Positions 13,439 to 23,714 of a DNA stretch of 64,000 nt are shown piece by piece; position 1 is the stretch's first letter, and every line of letters starts with the position of its first letter. The stretch covers positions 290,099 through 354,098 of IMG/VR virus record IMGVR_UViG_3300043418_000072. One strand, given 5' to 3'. The notes beneath the pieces were generated by a model. It was not told the DNA's origin. It was given only the letters and a program-made list of their open reading frames with translations, and did not search any database. The position numbers were made by a program, and so were the translations under genes.

Positions 13439-14569
13439 TCATCGTTTGGCTCTCATCCCAGTGTCGGCACTAGCTGGCGCAGATCTCTTACCAGGAGGGG
13501 TTATCTTAGTGTGTCCGCCAACAATAGACTTTGGTGCAGCAACAGGTGCAGCCGGTGCAGCATCTGCTGCGCCCATATCATATCCAGCATCGCCTAGTAG
13601 TAATGTTACTTTTGGCATACCTTCGCTCTCGGGACCATAGATGTACGGCATATCGCTCTTGATCTTGCCAATCATTGAGTCGTAATCTTCGAAGTATTGA
13701 GCAGACTCAGTCTTTACATCCATTAGCAACATTCCGTCAAACTTACTATACTCTTTGTAGTTATCAAAACCAACTGCTAGGATAGCTTCACGGATGTCGG
13801 CGGCTGCTCCACCTTCAAGGGCTTGCTGGTAACGAGAGTTATCAACCGCATTAAACAGTCCATCGGCCATTACTTTAGTAACTGCATTAAGCTGTGTTGG
13901 CTCAATAACTGGGCGGATCTTGTTTACCCAGTAGTCTGGGTTGATACGCTCGGGCAATGCTTCAATTTGACCATTTGGTCCCGGAACCATTGCTCCTTGA
14001 ATTGCCTTAAGAATGCCTTGCATGTTCATGTTAGCTTTGCGAGTGTTGATCCAACGGCCGCCGCTGCTAATGCTGGTTTTAACTTCAACTGCTTTGTTGC
14101 CAACTTGGATGTCACCACCGCCAACTGCACGTCCACTCCAGGAAATGTCTGGGCTCATTACTGCAAGAGCAACTTCGCCGGGGCCCACGCCTTGTGATGT
14201 TAGAGTTTTGGATAGCACAATAAACAACTCTTTTGCAAAGTCGTCGCCCCTAATCAAGTCGTCAAACGAATGAGCATTGCCATCCATTAACTTTCCAGTA
14301 TCAATGATACCTTGCTTGTATTGTTTAAGGAACGCATCCTTACTCTCCACTGGAGCATCAATATGCACAATCACTTGTGCAATTTGTTTAATGAAGCGTG
14401 ATGCATCAGCATCCTTGGATAGAACGCTGGTGATACGTTCCTCAATGTTGCCGGCTTTTAGGGTGTTAAGTACTTTCTGCAATACTGCTGCATCGTCCGT
14501 GGATTTTACCACGTCAATGACTTGCTTCTTTAATGCAGGGTCTTCAAAGATGTTAATTAAATTTCGCAT
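13439..14569 (-). CDS. Hypothetical protein with possible PD-(D/E)xK nuclease motif
   Basis: GPGE...GGGDIQVGNKAVEVKT. Confidence 0.55.
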   Translation of the reverse strand: MRNLINIFEDPALKKQVIDVVKSTDDAAVLQKVLNTLKAGNIEERITSVLSKDADASRFIKQIAQVIVHIDAPVESKDAFLKQYKQGIIDTGKLMDGNAHSFDDLIRGDDFAKELFIVLSKTLTSQGVGPGEVALAVMSPDISWSGRAVGGGDIQVGNKAVEVKTSISSGGRWINTRKANMNMQGILKAIQGAMVPGPNGQIEALPERINPDYWVNKIRPVIEPTQLNAVTKVMADGLFNAVDNSRYQQALEGGAAADIREAILAVGFDNYKEYSKFDGMLLMDVKTESAQYFEDYDSMIGKIKSDMPYIYGPESEGMPKVTLLLGDAGYDMGAADAAPAAPVAAPKSIVGGHTKITPPGKRSAPASADTGMRAKR

Positions 14570-14576
14570 GAAGTAT

Positions 14577-15329
14577 TTATTCTTTTATACGGTAGAAATC
14601 TTTGTCTAGCCACGTTACTATTAAGTCTTCTTGCCTTACGTGCCCGTGCGCATTAAGGCTTGCAATAGTGCTGTCATTGACTAGATTCTGCTCCGCAAGG
14701 GTGTACCAAGTGGTGGTTTTGGCGTCTAAAGGATCGCTTGTTTTGTACACAGCCGCATATAGCCACGGATCGTTTGCTTCTTTGTAAAAGTAAGCATCTC
14801 TGCAATCAAATCCACTTACTGCTAGCATATACATGAGATTAACAAGAGTGTAGTTATAGTAGACTCCGTTATAACTATGAGATTGCGGCCGGTTGTATTG
14901 ACTAAAGGTGTTTTGTGGAATACTTAGAACCAACATTCCGTTTAGATTAATTTGCTGGTTCCAATACCGTAGCGTCTGTATTGGGCTAAGGCAGTATTGG
15001 AAACTGTCGTGTGCCCACAATAGGTCACAAGCTCTAGGAATAACATGGTCGTGCTCAAAGTTTGCTTCTATAGTTTTTACATTGTGCAGATTACGTACAC
15101 GTTGATCCACTTGCGATATAGTTTGATCAACTGCATATACAATAAGATTGCGTGGCTCAGGCGGGTCATCACGTGTTTGTAATGCTGCCCACCACGCTGC
15201 ATCTAATCCTGCGCCACACCCAAAGTCTGCAACTACAGTTAAGCTATCTAGAAAACTATCGTATTCGTATAGTAAATCTAAAACTCGTCTGCTATGCTCG
15301 TGACTTGCTTGGGCGTTTTTAAATGCCAT
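14577..15329 (-). CDS. Class I SAM-dependent methyltransferase
   Basis: VADFGCGAG; start reassigned to MAFKN (TAATG overlap with uvsY). Confidence 0.8.
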   Translation of the reverse strand: MAFKNAQASHEHSRRVLDLLYEYDSFLDSLTVVADFGCGAGLDAAWWAALQTRDDPPEPRNLIVYAVDQTISQVDQRVRNLHNVKTIEANFEHDHVIPRACDLLWAHDSFQYCLSPIQTLRYWNQQINLNGMLVLSIPQNTFSQYNRPQSHSYNGVYYNYTLVNLMYMLAVSGFDCRDAYFYKEANDPWLYAAVYKTSDPLDAKTTTWYTLAEQNLVNDSTIASLNAHGHVRQEDLIVTWLDKDFYRIKE

Positions 15330-15784
15330 TATTGAATTACAATATCTTCCATGCCCGCTGTGCGTAAACGAACAACGTGTCCCATCATGAAGTTTTTGCT
15401 TTCCAGACCCTTCATCACACCAAGCCACTTATTTCTTAATAGTGCAACTTCGTTAATGATGGTTTCCGTATCAACTACTTCATCTTCTGCTTCTGCGTAC
15501 TTCTCAGCATCACGACTTGTTAGGGCACGGTTATACCCTTCAAGGTATTTCTTGTAATGCTTTTGACGAATCTTGCGTAACTGAATGTTAAGGAAGTTTA
15601 AGATAGCTTCAATCTCTTGCAGTTGGTTGAATCTATACTCTGTTACGCCCGGTAAGTTGCTGATGCTTTTCTCAACGTTTCCGCGGATAGCAATCTCCCC
15701 ACGTGCATTGATCAACTCTTTTTCAAAGTATTCGATGCAATCGGGAATTTTACTTAGGTCGCTAACAACACGGTTATACCACAT
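15329..15784 (-). CDS. uvsY: UvsY-like recombination mediator
   Basis: YKKYLEGYNRALTSRDAEKY; helical 151 aa; near uvsX and gp32. Confidence 0.65.
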   Translation of the reverse strand: MWYNRVVSDLSKIPDCIEYFEKELINARGEIAIRGNVEKSISNLPGVTEYRFNQLQEIEAILNFLNIQLRKIRQKHYKKYLEGYNRALTSRDAEKYAEAEDEVVDTETIINEVALLRNKWLGVMKGLESKNFMMGHVVRLRTAGMEDIVIQ

Positions 15785-15786
15785 AA

Positions 15787-16023
15787 TTAATCTTCGTACC
15801 CAGAATCAATGTCGTCTTCGTCGTCCTCAAACCCTGCTGCATATTCTTTATATGCACGGCCGAGTGCTGCATCTGTGCCGCTAAACTCTTTCAGCGAAAC
15901 GTCGTCGAGTGCGTCAACTAGCAACCCCATAAGATTATCTGCTGCTTCCTGGCGATCCTTAACAGGAATGTACTGTTTTAAAATTGTGTACACTTCACTT
16001 AGTACATCTGCTTCAATGCTCAT
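15787..16023 (-). CDS. Small acidic hypothetical protein
   Basis: 78-aa ORF in operon. Confidence 0.7.
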   Translation of the reverse strand: MSIEADVLSEVYTILKQYIPVKDRQEAADNLMGLLVDALDDVSLKEFSGTDAALGRAYKEYAAGFEDDEDDIDSGYED

Positions 16024-16951
16024 TTGATTTCCTTAATTTTGTTAACGGTATTAGTTTACGATCCATCTTTAGTCCGGCACATGCAAAAACACATAACGGT
16101 CTAGGCTGGGTATTTATTTCACTAGCGATATCCAGTTGTTCTGTTTCTTCAATGGTGTCAAATCCAATAGGATCAAACCTATCATCAAAAGGATCAAAGT
16201 GGCAGCACAAAGTGTACTTTCCGCTAGCTGTTATATATAGCCCAGGAGCCTCAAGGTGGGCACAATTCTTTGTACTTAGCTTTTGCTCATGGTTCACTCT
16301 GAAGTTAAAGGTTTGATCTTTTGTCCAAGGCTCAAGAATAAACTCTTCGCCTGTACGGTAGTTTCGTGCCGTTTCAACATTGCGCACTCCTTCAACTAAT
16401 TCAAAGTCTGCAAATTTTAACTGATTCGCTAGCTTAATGCAAGCATTAAGTTGGTGCTCGTTGTGCTTGAATGGAATAAATTGCCAAACTGCTTTGCCGC
16501 CTGCGTTGATAAATGCTGTTGCGTTTTCAATTACTTTGTTAAAGTCAGTGCCCTGTCTATATATCTCGTGGACTCCTGCTAGGCCATCAATCCCAAACCA
16601 GACTCTATGATCTGTATTGCTTAACTTGCGGCCGATTTCCGCCCACCAGTCTGCATTTCGCACACTTCCATTTGTGTGGATCGTAATCTGTTTCACTCGC
16701 GGGATAGTCCAGTCAAGGATTTCACTCAAGTCTGGGTGAATAGCCGGATCTCCGTAGCGACCGCAGAACTGTACTTTGGTCAAACCAGGCAATGCGTCAA
16801 TTGCAGTGCGTAGCTTGTCAACTACTAGATTCTGCGGTACCAGGCCGTCTTTGAGGCCAAATCCATTTTTATTTCGAGCACAACTAGGACACCAAGCATT
16901 ACATTTTGAGCTTAGTTCGACATGTAAGCTCTTGATGTCCTTTAGTAGCAT
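16013..16951 (-). CDS. Radical SAM protein
   Basis: CNAWCPSC; C-terminal Cys cluster. Confidence 0.85.
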   Translation of the reverse strand: MLLKDIKSLHVELSSKCNAWCPSCARNKNGFGLKDGLVPQNLVVDKLRTAIDALPGLTKVQFCGRYGDPAIHPDLSEILDWTIPRVKQITIHTNGSVRNADWWAEIGRKLSNTDHRVWFGIDGLAGVHEIYRQGTDFNKVIENATAFINAGGKAVWQFIPFKHNEHQLNACIKLANQLKFADFELVEGVRNVETARNYRTGEEFILEPWTKDQTFNFRVNHEQKLSTKNCAHLEAPGLYITASGKYTLCCHFDPFDDRFDPIGFDTIEETEQLDIASEINTQPRPLCVFACAGLKMDRKLIPLTKLRKSNEH

Positions 16952-18030
16952 TACTCTACTGCTTCTTCAATAACAGGAGCGTCTTCTGCAACACTCTTGT
17001 CAAAGATGTGTGGATTGTTTGTAATGTCTGACATTACGGTATCCAAGCATCCATCATCGTTGCGTTCCCATGCCTTGCGGAATTTCTTGATGATTTCACC
17101 GTCGACTGTTGTGTACACAAGACTGTTGCCTTCTTTCTTCAACATGCCCTTAGCTTCAATCAAGTCAGTTAACCCGCTGTAAGGGTTCATACCTGTTTCG
17201 TACGGGATCTTAACTTGCACTGACTCAAACGGCTTTGCGTAACGTGTCTTCATGATCTTACATGCAGCACGGATACCCTTAACTTCAGATACCTTGTTAC
17301 CATCTTCGTCTTCCTTCAACTTCAACTTGCGCATAGCAACTACGATAGAGCTAGCATAGATAAAGCCTTGACCGCCGGAGATCTTGTCGTCCGGGTCAAA
17401 CATGTCTTGCGATGCGTATGTGTGGTTAGTTGCAACTAGACCCAAGTTCAAGTCACCAAACATGTTTACACAGTTACGAACCAATGCAGTCAATGCCTTT
17501 GGCTTACGACCCATGTCACCCTTCATGTCACCTGCGTTAAACTGGTTAACGTCTGTTGGTGTTAGCAACATCCCCAAGCTGTCCAATACAAACAAGACTT
17601 TAGGGCGTTGGTCTTCTGGCATGGTTTTGTATTCCTTAACGAACTCACTAATCATTTTAGCGACGTCGTCGATCATGGCCATGTTCAGCTTTAGCAGCTT
17701 GTCTTCACTTGTGTCTACGTTTAGTGCGTGTAGCCACTTTTCATCAAGAGCGTTTTCAGTATCAATTAAGATAGGGAAAATGCCTTGCTTTTGTGCGTTA
17801 GCAACTAAGTTGCCACTACAGATAAAACTTTTGCCTGCGCCGGACTCACCAGCAAACACTGTAACCTTGCCCATTGGGATACCTTTTGTGAAGTCCCCGC
17901 TGATCAAGTAGTTAAGTGCGAAATTGTTTGTTGATACCCAATCGGTTGGGTCGTTGAAGCCTACACTTAGGCCTTCGATGCTTTTCGTAAGAGTCTTACG
18001 AAATTTACTTACGTCAAATGGTTTTGCCAT
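16951..18030 (-). CDS. uvsX: UvsX/RecA recombinase
   Basis: GESGAGKS Walker A; FVLDSLG; ATNHTY; SGGQG. Confidence 0.92.
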   Translation of the reverse strand: MAKPFDVSKFRKTLTKSIEGLSVGFNDPTDWVSTNNFALNYLISGDFTKGIPMGKVTVFAGESGAGKSFICSGNLVANAQKQGIFPILIDTENALDEKWLHALNVDTSEDKLLKLNMAMIDDVAKMISEFVKEYKTMPEDQRPKVLFVLDSLGMLLTPTDVNQFNAGDMKGDMGRKPKALTALVRNCVNMFGDLNLGLVATNHTYASQDMFDPDDKISGGQGFIYASSIVVAMRKLKLKEDEDGNKVSEVKGIRAACKIMKTRYAKPFESVQVKIPYETGMNPYSGLTDLIEAKGMLKKEGNSLVYTTVDGEIIKKFRKAWERNDDGCLDTVMSDITNNPHIFDKSVAEDAPVIEEAVE

Positions 18031-18092
18031 ATTATTGTTCCTTGAAAAATAAAGGAGAGCTAGAGCAATGTCTAGTCTCTCCCTTGAGCAGA

Positions 18093-19106
18093 TTACTGCT
18101 TACGGTTGCGAATCATCGCAAGGATGTCTTCAGCTTTTTGGCTGCTTGGCTTAGCTGCTGCTGGTGCAACAACTGGAGCCGATGCTGCTTCTGCTGCGTC
18201 GTCTTCCCATGCTGGTGTCTCATTAACCACCGGAGCTGCAACAGGAGCTGCAACTGCTGGGCGAGCTTGTGGTACAGGTTTAGCTGCCACCTCATCACCA
18301 GTGGAACCAGAACCAACTTGCAAGCCAGCTGGCTTGAAGTAGTTAGCCCAACGATCTGCATCGTACGGTTGACCATCAACAGATGCTTCAAACATTTCTT
18401 TCATGACTTGCAACGCTGTAGCGTCAGGACGCTTTGGCAAGAAGTCTGCCAAGTTGTACAAGCCGTGAGTCTCAATGGCTTCAGCTTCTGTGGAGTTCAA
18501 TGAACTCTCTTTACGTGCCCATGTGCTGCTGTTGTAGTCAGCATAACCACCCTTGCTGGTCTTCTTGATGTTGAAGTCAAGACCACCTGCGTAGTCAGTT
18601 GGCAAGTTTTCCATTTCTGGATCCATCAATGCGTTCTTTACCAAAGTAAAGATTTGTGGGCTGATGATGAATCGACGGATTGGGTTCTCAGGGGTTTTGT
18701 CATCGCTCAGTGGGTTTTCACGAACGAAACCTTGGAACAAGTAGCTGCGCTTTTTCCAGTACTTGCGACCCATTTCTTCCATTGCTGGGTCTTTGAACCA
18801 TGTACGTACTTCTGCTAAGATTGGGCAAGCATCGCCCCACATCTCAACGCAAGGTACTTGAACTACAACAGGCTTGCTGTCGCTTTGACCTTTAATGCCA
18901 GCGAATGGCAATTTGATCATAGCACGTTCAACCCAAAAGAATGAGTTTTTAGTGTCTGCGTCTGGGAGGAATCGAACACGGGATGTCGTGTTTTCTGGAA
19001 TGTTCCAGTGTGCGTAAATGGCGTTGTCGCCTTGGGGACGATTACCGCCTGTGCGGTTCTCTTGTGATTGTAGTTTTGCGCGAATTTCTGCAAGTGTCAT
19101 AGCCAT
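18093..19106 (-). CDS. gp32: T4 gp32-like ssDNA-binding protein
   Basis: RFLPD, CPIL, KTSKGGYADY, DILAMIRNR. Confidence 0.85.
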   Translation of the reverse strand: MAMTLAEIRAKLQSQENRTGGNRPQGDNAIYAHWNIPENTTSRVRFLPDADTKNSFFWVERAMIKLPFAGIKGQSDSKPVVVQVPCVEMWGDACPILAEVRTWFKDPAMEEMGRKYWKKRSYLFQGFVRENPLSDDKTPENPIRRFIISPQIFTLVKNALMDPEMENLPTDYAGGLDFNIKKTSKGGYADYNSSTWARKESSLNSTEAEAIETHGLYNLADFLPKRPDATALQVMKEMFEASVDGQPYDADRWANYFKPAGLQVGSGSTGDEVAAKPVPQARPAVAAPVAAPVVNETPAWEDDAAEAASAPVVAPAAAKPSSQKAEDILAMIRNRKQ

Positions 19107-19173
19107 GATGTATTTCCTTTATATAAATTAAGATGGTCTTTTAATGTGCCTAATCGTATACAGCACAGTGTGT

Positions 19174-19203
19174 AGTATACGATAATGTATTTAGCTAAGT
19201 CAA
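19174..19203 (-). promoter_or_regulatory. Sigma70-like promoter with nested TAAATA
   Basis: TTGACT-N18-TATACT upstream of gp32. Confidence 0.55.
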
Positions 19204-19231
19204 AAGAAAAGGCACAAATTTCTGTGCCTTT
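19202..19231 (-). terminator. Intrinsic terminator
   Basis: AAAGGCACA/TGTGCCTTT + T-run. Confidence 0.75.
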
Positions 19232-19251
19232 GGCTAAACAAGTTCGAACTG

Positions 19252-20700
19252 TTATCGAACTAGTCTTGCAAGACGTTTCATAACATCAAGTGGGTCATGG
19301 GACTCATTTGTTGGTACTTCGTCTGTTGTGGTTGCTGCCATTGGTTGCGATCCTGCTACAGGGGCAGGTGCTGCTGGCGCTGTTCCGTCCATTGGGGCGG
19401 TGTTTTCTGGTGCAATCTCTGCTTGGATCTTGTCGGCCACGATGGTCATACCATTTGCTCTCATCCAATCCAAAATTGTTTGGCGAGCATCTGTATCTGG
19501 TCCCGAGGTACGACCTAAGTCAGTTAACTTCTCTTCCAAACTCTCTTCACCGAAAATATGGGCAATAGCTTGTGCTGCATCTAGTCCGTCCATGCCAGCA
19601 TTAATTGGTTTGCTCATCACTCTAGACAGTGCTTCGTACTCTTCGTCGTCGGACTCAAATGTATCTTCGGTGATGTCATTTGCCCACTGTTCAAATTCTT
19701 CGCCCATTGGTGTGTGCATACGCTTTTGTTGATCCTTGTAGGCTTTGTACACAAACGGCAATGCTTCGGTGAAACGATCATCGTAAACTTTTTTAACAAA
19801 GCGTTCGCGTAATGCGTCTACATCAATTTCTTCTTCAATGTTGTGTGCTGGATGATACGATTGCTTGTAGCTGTCGTAACCTCTGCGTCCGCCCAAGTGT
19901 TTTAGTTGATTCTTTAGTTCGCCGTAACGCTGCACCGCTGCTTGAGCCATGCTGCTGGTTTCAGTATCTTCAAACTGGCGACGTTTAGCTTCGCGAACAA
20001 AATGGCTCATTGCGCCCATTTCTTTCACAATGCTAGTAATGCTTTCGCCTAACTCATCATCAACTGACCCACCTTGTGAGCAATGTTGTGCCATTGCACG
20101 GGCACCATGTAGATTTTTAAAGTCTAGCAATCTACGTTCACCAACGTGGTTTTCAATGAATACTGCTTCAATGTTACGGCTACGGCTTCCGCGTTTTTCT
20201 TCGTCTACATTGTTATTGTGACGAACAATAATGCGAGCAGGGCCCATTTCTTGATAGCTGCTGCGGCTAGTGCCCCACATCTTGCTTTCGTTCATTGTAA
20301 CTTCATCATCGGTGTATGTGCTGTCCGATTTACTTTGTTGCTTTAGGTCACGTAGGTCTAAGTTGCTCTTGGTAATGTCACGAACGTCAAAGCTCAATAG
20401 GTTAGCTTTGGCAAATCGACGGATACCTTTAAGGAAGTTAAACCAATTATCTTGTTCTTCACCCTCAAGTGCATCAGTAATGTGCTTGCTGAAATAGATC
20501 TTTAAACCTGTTTCGTCAATGATACTGATTGTGATGTTACCGTAGTTCTTACCAGCTGAATCAACGTAATCAAAGTTAATGAAACGTGCTTGTGCCGGAT
20601 CTTCAGTGTGTTTGGCGTTTTCGTCGCCCAAGTTCACGTTCTCAAAACGAGTACGGATCTTGTTAAATAAATTCTCTGCAATCTTGTCTAATTCGCGCAT
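19252..20700 (-). CDS. Hypothetical protein
   Basis: 482-aa ORF downstream of terminase. Confidence 0.75.
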   Translation of the reverse strand: MRELDKIAENLFNKIRTRFENVNLGDENAKHTEDPAQARFINFDYVDSAGKNYGNITISIIDETGLKIYFSKHITDALEGEEQDNWFNFLKGIRRFAKANLLSFDVRDITKSNLDLRDLKQQSKSDSTYTDDEVTMNESKMWGTSRSSYQEMGPARIIVRHNNNVDEEKRGSRSRNIEAVFIENHVGERRLLDFKNLHGARAMAQHCSQGGSVDDELGESITSIVKEMGAMSHFVREAKRRQFEDTETSSMAQAAVQRYGELKNQLKHLGGRRGYDSYKQSYHPAHNIEEEIDVDALRERFVKKVYDDRFTEALPFVYKAYKDQQKRMHTPMGEEFEQWANDITEDTFESDDEEYEALSRVMSKPINAGMDGLDAAQAIAHIFGEESLEEKLTDLGRTSGPDTDARQTILDWMRANGMTIVADKIQAEIAPENTAPMDGTAPAAPAPVAGSQPMAATTTDEVPTNESHDPLDVMKRLARLVR

Positions 20701-20723
20701 AGTTAAACCTGTTATTTGTATAT

Positions 20724-22292
20724 TTAGCCCATAGACATAATGAAGGGCATAGGTTGTATGTACTCATCCATGTCCTTAACATGATCATCTAACTGTGCAT
20801 CAAAGCTCTGTAGTGCTTGTACCATTCTAACTGCTAGCAGCATAGCCATTACCAAGTCGTCTGTTTCACCAATTTTGGCTTTAAAACTGTTTTCCATTGC
20901 CACAAAAGTTTTGAGCTCACCAATTAAATTGCGTGATGCAATAAACAGCTTCTTCTGCTCAACCAAACTCTTAAACTTAGCACACACTGCAATCTTGCTC
21001 TTGCTTGTGGTAGTAAAGCCCTTACGTGATCTACGGCCGCCACCGCTCTTGTACGGCTCAGACAAGAATAGTCCACGGATATTTTCTTCGCCCACTTCTG
21101 CAATAGCAACTAATGCTGCTTCGCCTAATGTATTGTTTTCAACACTGTAGTAAATAGAGTTTTCAGTTCCTGTTACTTCGTATAGATAATTGCAAATCTC
21201 TTTGAGGATAACAACTTGGCGCTGAACAGGGGTTTTGTTGTGCTGCCATTCCCCTACTTGTTTAAGTGTGGGTAGCTCCAAAATTTGGATAGCAGCAGGG
21301 TCTCCACCTGTGCCTAAACTTGGATCAAGCGCAACCACGTAAGTCTTATCGCGTTGTGGCTTTGCATACCACCGCACCTGCCCTTGTCTCTCAATTGGAT
21401 CAATGCTTGCCATTTCGATTAGAGTGGTAGCGTTGATTAAGGTTTCGTCATAGATCAAGAACTCGCAACCGTGTTCACGACGGAAACGTTCTTCACCAAT
21501 GCGTCCAATTTCCTCTGCTTTCCATTGTTCGTCACGATCTGGATGTTCCCACCAGTTAGCTTGGTAAGCACGGAAACCGTTTGTGCCCAATGCTGTTTCA
21601 TTCCCAAACTCGTCGATGCACTTGTTAGCGCCTTTCCAGAGTAGTGCAAACTGGTCTTCGTCACTGTTCGGAGTTGATGTAATAATTGCTTTACCACCAG
21701 TGCTTAACGTAGGAGAAATAGAAGTCCAAAACTCTTTAGCAATACCCGGTCTAACGAATGCAAATTCGTCAGCGTATAGTAGGGAAATAGACATACCACG
21801 CCCAGTTGTTTCTGTTGTGGTTTGTGATACTAGTCGTGAGCCGTTTTCAAAGTCAATTGATCCTTTGTTGTAACTGGTTGCACCTGCTCTAATAAAGTCT
21901 GGGCATAGTTCGTATGCGTAGCGGATACGCTGCATAATTTCCTGGGCACCTGTGTACTTGTGCGCTGCAATTAGAATCGTACTGTCTGGAACAAACATAG
22001 CGTACCAAAGCAAGTATCCTGCTGCGCTAGTTGACTTACCAGTTTGTCGCGGCATCAACGAAATGGAGAAGCGATAATTGTGGTAATTTTCGATTAGTCG
22101 CTTTTGGTACTCAAACGGCTGATACAACATCTTACCTCGAGTCGGGTGCTGGATGAAGAAGTAGTTGCTCATAAAGTACTCAGGTCCCGTTACGGGATCC
22201 GAGCAACGTGCAAATTCTACAATTTGCTGTTGGGTGTAAGATGCCTTTTGGTATGGCGTCTTTACGATGGTTGTTTCAAGTGCTTTGCTCAT
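20724..22292 (-). CDS. gp17: Terminase large subunit
   Basis: MPRQTGKS Walker A, LLYADEFAF, ALDPSLG RNaseH-like domain, DDLVMA. Confidence 0.95.
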   Translation of the reverse strand: MSKALETTIVKTPYQKASYTQQQIVEFARCSDPVTGPEYFMSNYFFIQHPTRGKMLYQPFEYQKRLIENYHNYRFSISLMPRQTGKSTSAAGYLLWYAMFVPDSTILIAAHKYTGAQEIMQRIRYAYELCPDFIRAGATSYNKGSIDFENGSRLVSQTTTETTGRGMSISLLYADEFAFVRPGIAKEFWTSISPTLSTGGKAIITSTPNSDEDQFALLWKGANKCIDEFGNETALGTNGFRAYQANWWEHPDRDEQWKAEEIGRIGEERFRREHGCEFLIYDETLINATTLIEMASIDPIERQGQVRWYAKPQRDKTYVVALDPSLGTGGDPAAIQILELPTLKQVGEWQHNKTPVQRQVVILKEICNYLYEVTGTENSIYYSVENNTLGEAALVAIAEVGEENIRGLFLSEPYKSGGGRRSRKGFTTTSKSKIAVCAKFKSLVEQKKLFIASRNLIGELKTFVAMENSFKAKIGETDDLVMAMLLAVRMVQALQSFDAQLDDHVKDMDEYIQPMPFIMSMG

Positions 22293-22332
22293 AATGTATT
22301 TACGATAAGTGCGCCGTTTATATAAGTTTCGG

Positions 22333-22361
22333 TTGACACGAAATGACTGTTCTGCTATACT
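22333..22361 (+). promoter_or_regulatory. Sigma70-type promoter for HNH gene
   Basis: TTGACA-N17-TATACT. Confidence 0.8.
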
Positions 22362-22408
22362 AAAAGGGTTAAATACAGTTGGGTCTTTAACATTCGAAAA
22401 GAGAAATT

Positions 22409-22942
22409 ATGTCAGACACGCTATTACTTAATGCCGACTTACAGCCTATCAGCATCCTTCCGCTGAGTGTAATCGGCTGGCAGCACGCCGTAAAACTAAT
22501 GTTTTTGGATCGCATCCATGTGCTTGAATCCTACGAAGATCGCGAGATCCGTAGTGAGCACTTGACGATCAAAATTCCGGCGGTAGCGATGACTAAAGAG
22601 TACTTCAACTTTAAGAAGGCTGTTAAGTTTAGTCGCCACAACATGTACCTACGTGACTTGTATCAATGCCAATATTGCGGTGATACATTCCCCAACGCAG
22701 AGCTAACTATCGACCACGTGATTCCACGTGCCGCTGGTGGTAAAACTACTTGGGAAAACTCCGTAACTGCATGTAAGCCATGTAATAGTAAGAAAGGACA
22801 TAAGCTGCAAACGCCTCTGCGTATGCCGTTTAAGCCAACTTACCATTCATTGATTAAGACTTGGAAAGACCGTCAATTCAACGTCGGGCACCCAAGCTGG
22901 AATCAGTACTTGGGTATCGACCGAGCCGTTGCTAACGGTTAA
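22409..22942 (+). CDS. HNH endonuclease
   Basis: CQYCG...LTIDHVIPRAAGG...N...ACKPCNSKKG. Confidence 0.9.
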   Translation: MSDTLLLNADLQPISILPLSVIGWQHAVKLMFLDRIHVLESYEDREIRSEHLTIKIPAVAMTKEYFNFKKAVKFSRHNMYLRDLYQCQYCGDTFPNAELTIDHVIPRAAGGKTTWENSVTACKPCNSKKGHKLQTPLRMPFKPTYHSLIKTWKDRQFNVGHPSWNQYLGIDRAVANG

Positions 22943-23322
22943 TTACTACTAGGTTTAGAGAAAAGCGTATTGCCAGTGGGTGCAGTTTTGCCCACTGGCT
23001 TTTCGCCTGTTAGGTACGGTCTAGAGAACCACAACTGGAACCATTCTGGGCTACCAGGCTTAATGTGATGTTCGTGCTCTAAACGTTTCTTGTCCATTGC
23101 TGTGTCGCTAATATTGCTGCCCACAGGACTCATTTTTCCACCAGGATTGTGGTTGCCAGCATGTGCAGCTTTATCACGAGTTTCTGTGATTCCTGCTAAT
23201 TCCTGCATCCGTGCTAAATCGTGCATACCAACTTCGGCAGGATCGTGTAACACTGCATTAGGAATCAATGACTCTTCTGCAGATGGTACATAATCAGCTG
23301 ACGAAATTCGGTACTGTTTCAT
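22939..23322 (-). CDS. Hypothetical protein
   Basis: ORF in operon. Confidence 0.7.
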   Translation of the reverse strand: MKQYRISSADYVPSAEESLIPNAVLHDPAEVGMHDLARMQELAGITETRDKAAHAGNHNPGGKMSPVGSNISDTAMDKKRLEHEHHIKPGSPEWFQLWFSRPYLTGEKPVGKTAPTGNTLFSKPSSN

Positions 23323-23714
23323 TAAACGCCGTACTTGTTTTTCTTTGGTTTGGCAATCGGACTAGTCTTTTGAACGTTGTCCATTTCTTTGCTGCGGCTA
23401 CCGCTCCAAGTCTGCTTACTTCCGTCACCAACCTGCTGCGAAGCATAGTTGATAATGTCCATTTCTTCTTTGGTATATGGTGCTAGCAAAGGATCGCCTC
23501 CAATCCAGTTATCAGCTTTAGTAGGAAACTCCGGGGCTCCTGCTAAAGCGATACCAAAGCGCCAGCCCTTATATGCAGAGCCAGTACTCATGTTTTGGTC
23601 CGGAAAGGTAACTGCATTTTTAATTGCACCGTTTTGGTCCTTAGTCATTGGCAACATGCCGCCTTCGGCGATCATGTGCTCAACTTCTGAGATATACTCT
23701 TTTAACGTTTTCAT
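23322..23714 (-). CDS. Hypothetical protein
   Basis: ORF in operon. Confidence 0.7.
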   Translation of the reverse strand: MKTLKEYISEVEHMIAEGGMLPMTKDQNGAIKNAVTFPDQNMSTGSAYKGWRFGIALAGAPEFPTKADNWIGGDPLLAPYTKEEMDIINYASQQVGDGSKQTWSGSRSKEMDNVQKTSPIAKPKKNKYGV

